In this document: positions 52,720-64,000 of the stretch, piece after piece
Layout of the letters: every line of letters starts with the position of its first letter
Numbering within the stretch: the first letter of the stretch is position 1
NCBI RefSeq assembly: GCF_006345805.1
Contig: NC_042998.1
Location: 104,470,001 to 104,534,000 of the forward strand
Source: Octopus sinensis
Taxonomy: Eukaryota
Direction of reading: 5' to 3'
Length of the DNA stretch: 64,000 nt
Program-made: the position numbers and the translations under genes
The notes under the pieces: model-generated
What the model was told of the DNA's origin: nothing
Database searches by the model: none
The model's input: only the letters and a program-made list of their open reading frames with translations

Positions 52720-53700
52720 CCTCCCTTTTTTAGTTTTTTTTCATACAGGACAAATTTAATATTTTTTTCCTTTGGCGTCCACTTTCAGGAACTCCGTACA
52801 TCACCTGTAAGTAGCGTTGGTAGTTGAAAAGTATCATATAAATATTCCGTTGGTTCTTCCATTCTCTTGAGTTCCCTCTCAACAAATCTTGTATACACCT
52901 TTTATGCCTCTTGTATACACCTTTTCTACTTTTTACCTAGTATAGCCTTTTTCTATGCGTTTGGTAATCACGCCATCTTCCCAAGTCTGTTTTCCGTTCT
53001 TATAAGCTTTCACGAATAGCTTTTCAGCAATTTTGAAGAAAATTGCTGTATTTTCCATTGCAATTTTCCTTTTCTTGACAGGTAGCAATTTGTCGAAGAC
53101 TGATTTTACTTTCTCCGCAAACATCAGCTCCGCTGGTGACGTACCTGCTGGTATATTTAGATTGGTGTCACAATGCATACACTTAAGAATTGTTGTAGAG
53201 CTACCTCATCCATGACTTCCTTATTTGACTTTCTTCGGGCTCTCTTGAACGTATTGACAAAGTGTTCTGCTTGTTCGTTAGATCTGGGATGGCGCCATAA
53301 TTACATGTTCTACAGCGAACGTTTTACAGGACGTTTTTAATTCAAAAGACACAAATTGCGTCTGAAATGCCAAATCACGCAAACACCTCAAGTAAAAAAA
53401 ATTGTCACAGTTAAAGAAGTTTTTTTTTTCTTGCCAGTTAGAAAAAAACTATCAACTACTACTAAGTAGTAAGAACCGTTTAAAGGACCAGCGAAATCGA
53501 TGTGTAGTCTCGACCACGGAACATATACTTTTGGCCAAGGTACATTTTTTACCGTGGGTAGTTTTGCTGCTGGAGTGCATCCTCTACAGCCTTCCATTAA
53601 ATTTTCGATTTCTCTATCCATTTTTGGCCAGCGCACTTAGCTACGCATTAAAGCTTTCATCTTCAAAATATAAGGATGTACAACATGAATACTTTCTTTT
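52720..53700 (-). pseudogene. Ty3/gypsy (K02A2.6-like) integrase remnant with a downstream polypurine tract
   Basis: RWPKMDREIENLMEGCRGC, PWSRLHIDFAGPLNGSYYLVVVDS and PAGTSPAELMF; PPT-like AAAAAAGGGAGG near 52720-52731. Confidence 0.85.
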
Positions 53701-53823
53701 ATAGTGTTCCACAACGGAAGCATTCCGCTTTCTTATACATACATACTACATACATACATACATACATACATACATACATACATACATACATACATACATA
53801 ATACATGTATATACACACATAAA

Positions 53824-53854
<31 letters not shown>

Positions 53855-53984
53855 TGTATGTATGTATGTATGTATGTATGTGCGTGGGGTGGGTGGGTGT
53901 GTGTATAAGAAATTGAAAATGCACTGGGATTCGTTTAGATTTTTAAAATTTAAATTCTTAAAGACTTAATGAGTTTCACAGATT

Positions 53985-54764
53985 TATCTGATTTTCAAAA
54001 GTTGAAACAGGAAGACGTGGAGCTATACTGCTTCTGATTCCTTCCGGTCTCTTCAGTCTCGTGTCTGGTTCCAGCATGGCATCACAAGGCAAACAAAAAT
54101 TGCTGTGTACCGTGCTTGAGTACTGACATCGCTCCTTTACTCTTGTGAAACATGGACTCTTTACAAACGTCATGTAAAGGTCCTTGAACGCTTTCATCAG
54201 AGATGTCTGAGACACATTCTGAATGTTGGCTGAACCTTAAAAACTTCAGACACACAGGTTCTGGGGAAAGCTGATATCTTGAGTTTTGTGGCGATGGTGC
54301 ACGAGCACCGGTTACGTTGCACTGGACACCTTAGAATGAAGGATAGCAGGATCCCTAAACAGATGCTATATGGGGAACTTGTTAGTGGAAAGAGACCTAA
54401 GCGGCAGAAACCAAGGCTGCGATTTAAGGACTGTGTAAATTCCTCATTGAAGACCTGTGATATGCAAGGGACCGACTGGGAGAGCAATGCCTGTCATCGC
54501 CACAGATGAAGGAAGCAGGTTAAGGAGGGGGTCGACACTTTTAAGTGAATACGTATTCTGCATGAAGAATTCAAGCGTGCTGCTAGTGTAGTGAATGAGG
54601 AAAGCTTGGTTTTCAATGTTTGCAGTTGTGGATGCTTGTCAAGAGCAGGGCTCATTAGTTACCAACGGAACCAGAAATGCAAAATATAAGTTAGTGCTAG
54701 AGCGCACAGTGTTCCTAAAGCTCCGCAATGGTCTTCTCGGTCACAAGTGGACGGCCATCATGAT

Positions 54765-54765
<1 letters not shown>
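53985..54765 (+). pseudogene. 5'-truncated RTE-clade LINE 3' fragment
   Basis: LQSRVWFQHGITRQTKIAVYRA.VLTSLLYSCETWTLYKRHVKVLERFHQRCLRHIL and HRLRCTGHLRMKDSRIPKQMLYGEL...PRLRFKD; one degenerate C-terminal finger. Confidence 0.9.
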
Positions 54766-54796
<31 letters not shown>

Positions 54797-55009
54797 TGTA
54801 TGTATGTATGTATATATCAATCTATCTACCTAGTTAGCTAGCAATCTAAATATTGACCTATACATACATTACATATGTACGTACATACATACATACATAC
54901 ATGCATGCATACATACATACATACATACATACATACATACATACATACGTACGTACATACGTACATACATACATACATACATACATACATACATACATAC
55001 ATACATACA

Positions 55010-55043
<34 letters not shown>

Positions 55044-55131
55044 CATACATCCTAACTAGATAGTATTATCTAAGATAAAGCATGGCAAGATATAGTATAG
55101 ATTGATTTATTCGTAAAGTATATGTCTTTAC

Positions 55132-55270
55132 GATTTATAATTCGTTCCAGCGAGAGGCACTCATCTCCAGAGAGAAAGTTCATTCCGTCAAGATTTTGCA
55201 AAGAATCACGTAACCAACCCGAAGAGAAAGTGAAAACGAACCCAGACACGAAAGCGGGTCCATTGAGTGC
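55132..55270 (-). CDS. Candidate exon, unidentified protein
   Basis: Acceptor GTCCTTTAACTAG, donor GTAAAG; frame ALNGPAFVSGFVFTFSSGWLRDSLQNLDGMNFLSGDECLSLERIIN. Confidence 0.2.
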
Positions 55271-56789
55271 CTAGTTAAAGGACATCTAGTACTGGGAATA
55301 TGTGCCTGTTTGTGTATCAGTATATGTAAACGTGGACGTCTAAAGGTCGATCCTACAGGTCGTATAATTTTTTCGACTGTCTTGACTCGACCGAAAGCAA
55401 CTCACTGAAACTTGATAGGCGGGAGTTGTATGTCGGGCGAATAATGCCTATCATTCTAAGTACCCACCCGGTCATGGATAATGCCGTACCTTTTCTGTGT
55501 GAGCATCACGTTAAGTACATATTTCTTTAGGATATTCTGCCGTTTAGTCTACATCACTAAGTGAACAGTTTCATCGATAATGCAACTGAAATGAGATGAT
55601 AATTCTTTGAATACAATGAAATATATACCTGCATATTTCTCCTGCTTCATTTGTGCATACATTTCATTTTATGCCTTCTGATATATACACGCACACACAC
55701 ACACAGACATACACACGCACACATAAACACAGGCGCACACACACACACCACACACACACATGCAGAATAGTTGTTTAGCCCAAAGTCAGCTATGTTCAAG
55801 CAAACGATAAAGAGTATATTCTTACAGAAAACAAAGCGGTATACGACAGTATCAACAAATATCAGACACGGCATAAATCACTGTAACATGAGAACGGTAT
55901 CAACGCAAGACTATCGAGCGATTTATCATTTATGTTGTAACACGTCAGCATTTGAATATCTTCTCGGTTCATCATCAGCCTATATTTATATTTAATAAGC
56001 GTGATGTATATGTTCACTCACACACGCTGCAATATCACATACATGTACACAATTTATGAACTTACGTGGAAATTTTTCTACACTCAAATCTTCTAGACAT
56101 TGTACATGTGCACACAGACATATACATACATACATACATTCACATACATAAATATACACAACTACACACACACACATTTGCACAAGAGCATATATTAATA
56201 GAATATTGAGTCGCATATTTAATAAGGCTAATCAGCACTGTAACTTATTTACACGAGAGCGCAAACTCGTACAGTTAAAACGCTTTCTAAAGGCACATAT
56301 TCACTTAAATCTCACACAAACATGTCCCCACACATACTCATATACACTCACACATATGCACAACCTTTATAAGCGACAGCGAGTGTGAAGTTATATGCAT
56401 TCCATCATGTGTGAAAACTCGTACATATAAACCATATATACATACTCCCACACTATAAACATAGATACAAGTAAGGAGCTTTGAAAGTATTAAACGGTTG
56501 TTTATCTTGAATTATGAATTTAACGTTGTGAATGTTCCATGTTTATACACATGCCTATAAGCGTACGAACAGCCAACATTATTGTGTGTATACGTATATG
56601 TATATGTGTGTGTGTTTGTGTGTATGTATGTGTGTGTGTGTTTGTTTGTGTGTTTGTATCTTTGTATGTGATTCCGTAATGCACACACAGCACATATATG
56701 AACATCAATATATATATATATATATATACATATGTACATATGTATATATATATTTATTTATTCATATATACATACATACACACATACAT

Positions 56790-56835
<46 letters not shown>

Positions 56836-57002
56836 TCATATATATGTGTCTGAGTGTGTGTGTATGCATGTATGTATGTATGTATGTATGTATGAATGTA
56901 AGAATGTATGTATATATGTATGTGTGCATACGCAAATACGCAAACATATACATATATATGCATATATACATGTAAATAGATGTATATAGGAATATATATG
57001 TT

Positions 57003-57039
<37 letters not shown>

Positions 57040-57086
57040 ATACTCACAGATACCCAAACGCTCACACATGTATACACACGCACATT

Positions 57087-57133
<47 letters not shown>

Positions 57134-58059
57134 TCTTGTGTGTCTGTGTGTGTGCGTACGCACTGTATATATTTTTGAATGCGTGTGAATTTACGAAAGA
57201 GTTAAATTGGGTAAGAAGCCGAGAGGGAGAAACCGAAAGGCGTGAGAGTTAAAAAAAGTTGTCTAAATAAGGAACATATGAACATATACACTTATATGGC
57301 TAGATATGCAAGTCTTCATGTGACTGTCAGTGCACATTCAAATATGGCAAAGTAGTATGCATGCACGCTGCAGCAAGAAAGCCGCTTGCATGTGTCTGTC
57401 TAGCTCTGAGATATATTCTATTTACAGCACGATATCAATATTTAAACTTAATGCATGATAAATGTATATTCAACGGTTGAAGATGACATGAAACTGGGCA
57501 CGAGCACGCCTGCACACGCACACGTACACGCACACGCACACGGTGCAACACACATTTACACCTAGAAACTTGAACACACTTATTGAGACACGTCAACATC
57601 TATTTATTAGAAATGCTACCGTGTGTGCATGCGTGCTTCTCTGACTATGTGTATATGTAGTATATGAGTGTGAGTATATATATATATATATATATATACT
57701 ACACTACACCATACAACATTACACATCACAACACACCACCCACAGCACACCGCCCACACACCCATCCCCACATCTTTACACCTACACATACATACACATA
57801 TCACATCACAACACACCACCCACACACCCATCCCCACATCTCCACGCCCACACATACATACACACACACGTGCAGACCACCAGCCCTCTTTCAACACACA
57901 TACATACTCTCTTATACACACACGCACTTTTGTGTTGGGGGCACCTTCGTATTGGAAGTCACTTGACCCTGTTATCTCCCCTACTGTCCCTCTCGCGTCT
58001 GACCACTGTCCGAAGTCAGGACGCCATGATAGATCGTTAGCTCCTACACGCATTTTTTT

Positions 58060-58216
58060 TTTCTCTCCTTGTTTTTTCTGTGTATATTTCTGTCGAAGAG
58101 CGTAGGCTCGAAACGTAAAAGACTTTTTCTATTTCTATTCCTGAGCGCTATACTAATACATTTGTTTGTTTGTACTCCATCTGCCTTCGTCTTTTGCTTA
58201 TTTTCTTAAACTTTCC

Positions 58217-58217
<1 letters not shown>
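58060..58217 (+). mobile_element. Family D Penelope-like fragment with a hammerhead-like motif at 58086-58121, ending in (AT)n
   Basis: AUUU-CUGUCGA-A-GAGC(GUAG)GCUC-GAA-ACGU-A-AAAG; core identical to the 20158 copy. Confidence 0.7.
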
Positions 58218-58297
<80 letters not shown>

Positions 58298-58313
58298 TAC
58301 ATACATATATATA

Positions 58314-58679
58314 GGCGTAGGAGTGGCTGTGTGGTAAGTAGCTTGCTTACGAACCACATGGTTCCGGGTTCTGTCCCACTGCGTGGCACCTTGGGCAAGT
58401 GTCTTCTACTATAGCCTAGGGCCGACCAATTTGGTAGACGGAAACTGAAAGAAGCCCGTCTATATATAATATATGTGTGTATGTGTGTATATGTCCCCCC
58501 AACATCGCTTGACAACTGATGCTGGTGTATTTATGTCCCCGCAACTTAGCGGGAGAACGATAGAATAAGTACTAGACTTACAAAGAATAAGTCCTGGGGT
58601 CGATTTGCTCGACTAAAGGCAGTGCTCCAGCATGGCTACAGTCAAATGACTGAAATAAGTAAAAGAGTAAAAGAGAAAA
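58314..58679 (+). mobile_element. SINE family A (duplicate copy 1)
   Basis: Lacks AGCCTTGTGAGTGGA and part of the TTCGGCAAAA block. Confidence 0.93.
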
Positions 58680-58684
58680 GATAT

Positions 58685-58726
<42 letters not shown>

Positions 58727-58886
58727 CATACATATATATATTCATATATACATATATTTATAAAAATACACATACTTACATATGTGTGTTTGTGTATATA
58801 AGCACACACACATATATATATATAGTTTATATACATTTATTATACCTATGTGTATATAAATATGTACACGCACACGCATATATATG

Positions 58887-58948
<62 letters not shown>

Positions 58949-58974
58949 CACATATACATACATACATATATATA

Positions 58975-59340
58975 GGCGTAGGAGTGGCTGTGTGGTAAGT
59001 AGCTTGCTTACGAACCACATGGTTCCGGGTTCTGTCCCACTGCGTGGCACCTTGGGCAAGTGTCTTCTACTATAGCCTAGGGCCGACCAATTTGGTAGAC
59101 GGAAACTGAAAGAAGCCCGTCTATATATAATATATGTGTGTGTGTGTGTATATGTCCCCCCAACATCGCTTGACAACTGATGCTGGTGTATTTATGTCCC
59201 TGCAACTTAGCGGGAGAACGATAGAATAAGTACTAGACTTACAAAGAATAAGTCCTGGGGTCGATTTGCTCGACTAAAGGCAGTGCTCCAGCATGGCCAC
59301 AGTCAAATGACTGAAATAAGTAAAAGAGTAAAAGAGAAAA
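58975..59340 (+). mobile_element. SINE family A (duplicate copy 2)
   Basis: Same deletions as copy 1; a few substitutions. Confidence 0.93.
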
Positions 59341-59546
59341 GATATATATATATATATAATATATATATATATAATTATATATATATACATACATACATAT
59401 ATATATTCATATATACATATATTTATAAAAATACACATACTTACATATGTGTGTTTGTGTATATAAGCACACACACATATATATATATAGTTTATATACA
59501 TTTATTATACCTATGTGTATATAAATATTGTACACGCACACGCATA

Positions 59547-59609
<63 letters not shown>

Positions 59610-59690
59610 CTAATAGAGGATAAATTTTCAAAATAATTTATCAATGGCCAACATATTAAAATAATATACCTTTAAATGTTAAATTTATAA

Positions 59691-60172
59691 ACAACTTATA
59701 AACAAGGGCAAAAGAAAAAAAAATCAATGCCAAATATGCCGAAATAGATTTAATCGTCACTAACCACATAATTTATCACTATAAGCACGCGTCTCGTGCT
59801 TATAGTGATAGAAATTTCTAATTTCTTTGATAATTTTTTGTCAGATCACACATGTCTCGAGGTATGCTGCGGAATTTCTATTTTGGATATATTTGGGGTA
59901 CTTAAGTGTGCTCATGACTTAGTGTTTACTTCTTCCATGGGTACAAGTAAGTATCTCACTTATTTTCTTATCGCATTTCTTGCTGATGACGAGAAAATTC
60001 TAAAGGAATTAACTCAGAAATTGGGACCGATCCGATAATAACAACACTTTTTAGAAATTTCTATCTGCTTGCTTTCGAGACGCGTGCTTATAGTGATAAA
60101 TTATATGGTTATTGACGATTAAATCTATTTCGGCATATTTGGCATTGTAATCTTTTTTCCTGGTTTATAAGT

Positions 60173-60175
<3 letters not shown>
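59691..60175. repeat. Inverted-repeat element (arms of about 100 bp) with a nested 16-bp hairpin and a hammerhead candidate in the spacer
   Basis: Arms 59691-59796 and 60076-60175; perfect hairpin 59774-59810. Confidence 0.88.
59980..60035 (+). ncRNA. Type I hammerhead ribozyme candidate with canonical core
   Basis: UUG-CUGAUGA-C-GAG-AA-AAUUC(UAAAG)GAAUU-AA-CUC-A-GAA-AUUGG(GA)CCGAU-C-CGA; C.A mismatch at the base of stem II. Confidence 0.4.
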
Positions 60176-60205
<30 letters not shown>

Positions 60206-60620
60206 TGTATACTTGTTGTATACATATATTATTGTATTGTATGAATATATATATATACATACATATATATATATTTATACAGGAGGTTTGCAGTTATCAC
60301 GTAGGTGCTTTAAATTTCTTTTAAAATATTTTATTACATTTACATTTCTGTCATTCAAACTGAAAAGGGAGCTTGAGAAAATTAACTAAACTAGCATGGA
60401 ACAATGGTTTCATATTTTTTTTATAATTGAGATCTAAACTTTTAATATATGAATGCACAAGAGATAGTTGAATAACTGTAAGCCTACTTTCGGGTCACCC
60501 TGTATATATGTTCAATGTATGTATGCACACACACACATACACACACATGAAAACTGATTCATATATATTAACATATATATAAAGACTTAAATATACAGCA
60601 CCCCACTTTTAGATTGCTCT

Positions 60621-60657
<37 letters not shown>

Positions 60658-61335
60658 CATACACACATATACATGCACACACATACACACGCACACACAT
60701 ACACACGCACACACATATGAATGATTCACAAATTTATGAATTCAGAATCCCATGAATTCTCGCCCAATCCTATGGACCAAGCTTGCTGTCAAAATATGTA
60801 AAAAAATATGTGAAAACCCTCAATTATGTGTACACACCCAAACACGAGAAAATTACATAATGCAGGTGTGTGAGTGAGTGAAAGATAGAGAAAGAGTGTG
60901 TGTTGTGTGTGTGTGTGTGTGTGCATATATTCTGCAGGGATATTCTGTATGTACATGTGAATATACGTGAATATCCATATTCATATCTATACTTATAAAT
61001 GTGAACGTGACTAGAACAAGGAAGATAACAATTTGGAGATGCTTTCCCTGATCCATACGTGTATTTGTTTAGTTCAAATATCACCGTAGTCTTCTCATCC
61101 AAGATGGAGGCGAGTATCAACCTTCCATGTGGCAGTCTTGATAATTGCTGAGAATTCTTAGCATGAAACCAATGGTATCCTTGCTAACAGACAAATATAG
61201 AATATTTATCCACCAATACAGTGTTGAGCATTCATACTCATCGTTCGATATTAGCGTGTGTGTGTGTGTGTGTGTGTATGTGTGTGTGTGTGTGTGCGTG
61301 TGTGTGTGTATGCATGTGTTTGCTAGTTTGCTATT

Positions 61336-61800
61336 ATGACATTGAAACGGAGAACCACTCTACATAAACCTAAGATGATTGCCTAAACCTAATTTTTTTA
61401 TGTATGGCAAATGTATCACGGAAAATTATCAAGGACCTCATCAGCAGTTGCTCCGCCCTTGTGCATTCATTCGTCTAAAACAAATTTTCAAAACGATCGT
61501 AGATGAACATACCTTTAAACATAAAGGAGCGCTGATGGAACTACAAGTAGCAAGCACATTAAATATAGGACTATCTTTATACCTTTCACTTGTTTCAATC
61601 GATAATTGGGGTAAATTTCTCGAAAGCAAAGAATTTAAAAATTTTTTTGTTAAGAACCAGATTCAGAGAAAATTAGCAAATTAATTTTCAAGTATGTTTA
61701 CAACGACGGCGGACAAAGGTTCATATTACGAACAAATTGGCAGCTACGGATAGGCCTCTGAAGCGAAGCTATGTTCGCATCCATATATTACTCCCATGGA
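61336..61800 (+). pseudogene. Possible Penelope-like RT remnant
   Basis: Weak motif-like strings (GSYYEQIG; LMELQVASTLNI), and it begins with a 33-bp piece also found in the GIY-YIG region. Confidence 0.3.
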
Positions 61801-61807
61801 AGTACCG

Positions 61808-62310
61808 ACAATTCAGCGCCTGAGAATTCAGCACCGACCATTCAGCGCCGATAATTCAGCGCATGTAATATATGTAATTTATTATTACATTATATTGATG
61901 TTGGTTGTATATCTAAAACACATGCACATCTAACTTACAAACACAGCAATCATAGAATATATATAACTATACATAAAAAAGGATACATATACATGAAACA
62001 AGCACCAACAAAAAAATATAAATATATATACACACGGCCATACGAAACAATAACTATACCTTTTGAATCACCTATGAAAATGTAACTAGATAACTACTGG
62101 TTCAAAGTAGTTTAGTATTATTGCCTTTTAAACACTTTGGTTCATAGACTGAGACTGGCGGTGGATTAGAAAAATGTTAAGATTAGTCGGCCACTATCCC
62201 CAAAGTTCAATAAGATACTCTGCGCTGAATTGTCTATGCGCTGAATTATCAAGTGCTGAATTGTTGGCGCTGAATTTTCGGCGCTGAATTGTCAGGTGCT
62301 GAGTCGCCGC
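61808..62310. mobile_element. Foldback/MITE-like element with tandem AATTCAGCGCC motifs in both arms
   Basis: 4 motifs at about 61808-61863 and about 6 inverted motifs at about 62221-62309. Confidence 0.7.
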
Positions 62311-62603
62311 ATCATGACTCCCTCCCATATATGTATTCTCAGATAATAATTTGGCTGGAGGTCGTCTATGTGAGTCCCTGACAATGCTCAGCAATCTACA
62401 TGGGTTTTTCTGAAGTTCCTTATGTATCTCAAATGAGATAGTTCATTCTACTTTGATGTTAAGATTATTAATTAAAAAGAAAGTTATAACCTTCGGAATG
62501 CAGTTCATATAATGAAATACAATAGAATGCATCTCTACCTGTCTTTCTCCCCCTCTCTCTCTCTCCACACACACACATATATATATATACATGCATACAT
62601 ACA

Positions 62604-62711
<108 letters not shown>

Positions 62712-62779
62712 AAGGAAATTGCGCACACGGCATAGTTTTAATATAATTTTTAATATATCTTATATTGTGCTTGTCGACC

Positions 62780-63238
62780 TCTTCCAAAAAGCAGCACAAA
62801 TCGCTAAAGAGACTACTAACAAGTGCGAAGCTTTACACAACAACCATGAAACCAACAGTTAAAAAATGTGGACGCCCAAACTGTGGAACATGACCCAACC
62901 TACTTGAATGCTCGGAGTTCCTTTTGAAACAAAGAGAGAGGTTCACAATTAAAACCTTCACTTCTGCCTCTGCGAACCTAATTTATGTAAAAACCTGCTC
63001 GAGTTGTGGACATCACTATATAGGACAGACGAGAATGACATTCAAACGGAGAACCACTCTACGTAAAGTGCAGATCCAGTTTGCGCACTACAGACAGATT
63101 CATTCAAGTAAACACATACAGAGATGTGCAGGTAACATCAAACCAAATTTCACAGTTTTATCCTTCTACCAGTGCAAAGATATAATTTCTTTACACGAAT
63201 GTTTAAACAAAGAAGCACGTCTGAATATGCACGCATAA
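62780..63238 (+). pseudogene. Penelope-like element GIY-YIG endonuclease remnant
   Basis: HKSLKRLLTSAKL, linker KCGRPNCGT, then NLIYVKTCSSCGHHYIGQTRMTFKRR and SKHIQRC; this Cys-linker plus IY..C..C...YIGQT layout is typical of PLE endonucleases. Confidence 0.8.
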
Positions 63239-64000
63239 CAAACTTTGATCTCTATACATATTTTAACTCACGATTACATACCCGTCAATCTACATATTTC
63301 TCCCCACTACTCTAGTTTTTGAATTTTTGTGTACATATATATATATTCTACCACCACCCCATCGAAAGATGAACAATTATCTTCCCTGTCCACAATAATA
63401 ACGATAACCAATTATCTCCCCTTAGATTTTTCTATTTGTTGAGTCATTTATTCATTAACTTCGCATACAACATGGACAAAAGAAGGAAAACATTTTCTTA
63501 AGAAAATACGCATTTAAATAAATTTTAATGTCATGATTAGCGAAAGTGAAACCGGTTGACAAACAATATAAGTTATATTAAAAACTATATTTTCCTTCTT
63601 TAATTTCTTCTATATATTACAATTCACCATGTGGGGATAATCTAAATTCCTTCCTTTCTCTCTCTCTCTCTCTCTTTCTCTTTCTCTCTTCAACCACTAC
63701 TCCCGCGTCCATGTTGAGTAGCACACAGTATCAGAAATATGTATTCAGTGTTGATCACTTCGCTTTTGACATTGGTTTCTATCTGTAGAAATGTGAACAG
63801 CTTCATTAAATCTAATGTTACATCTACAACCTCATTAACTCAGGAAATGTATCTTTTTCCTACAACACCTTCAATGTGATTTTGAGAAGCTTTTCTATTC
63901 ACAATTATAGTTCTGCATTAAAATATTGGTAATAAGTCTTAGATTTGACACAGTCTGGCAATGAAAAGTGAAGAAGTACAAAAATAAGTGAATAAATAAA

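Larger units (their letters stand above)
58217..59601. repeat. Tandem duplication of an approximately 661-bp unit (SINE A plus microsatellites) bounded by (TA)n
   Basis: SINE starts at 58314 and 58975; both copies share two private deletions and the same downstream sequence. Confidence 0.95.

Overview
This is an AT-rich, extremely microsatellite-dense animal genomic region. It most resembles an octopus/coleoid cephalopod genome; that is inferred from its tRNA-derived SINE families and (TA)n/(ACAT)n/(AGAT)n load, not from a database search. It is probably intronic or intergenic. I see no intact, nameable protein gene, rRNA, tRNA or CRISPR array, and most listed ORFs are microsatellite- or SINE-derived. 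Supported content: about 30 SINE copies of at least four families; eight decayed R4/Dong-clade (RLE) LINE pieces; two clear RTE-clade LINE 3' fragments, one with three C2H2 fingers; a full-length but disabled IR/DR DD34E Tc1 element; a Ty3/gypsy integrase remnant; Penelope-like GIY-YIG and weak RT remnants; hAT, pogo/Tigger and mariner MITEs; a Helitron-like element; and several long inverted repeats and recent tandem duplications. A few low-confidence minus-strand candidate exons may belong to an unidentified host gene. Two observations stand out. (1) A dispersed family of Penelope-type minimal hammerhead-ribozyme motifs has non-canonical cores (A6U, U4C) and covarying stems, and a further canonical-core candidate lies inside an inverted repeat. 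(2) An R4-clade LINE appears to insert specifically into (ACAT)n microsatellites and seems to seed the same repeat from its own 3' UTR.
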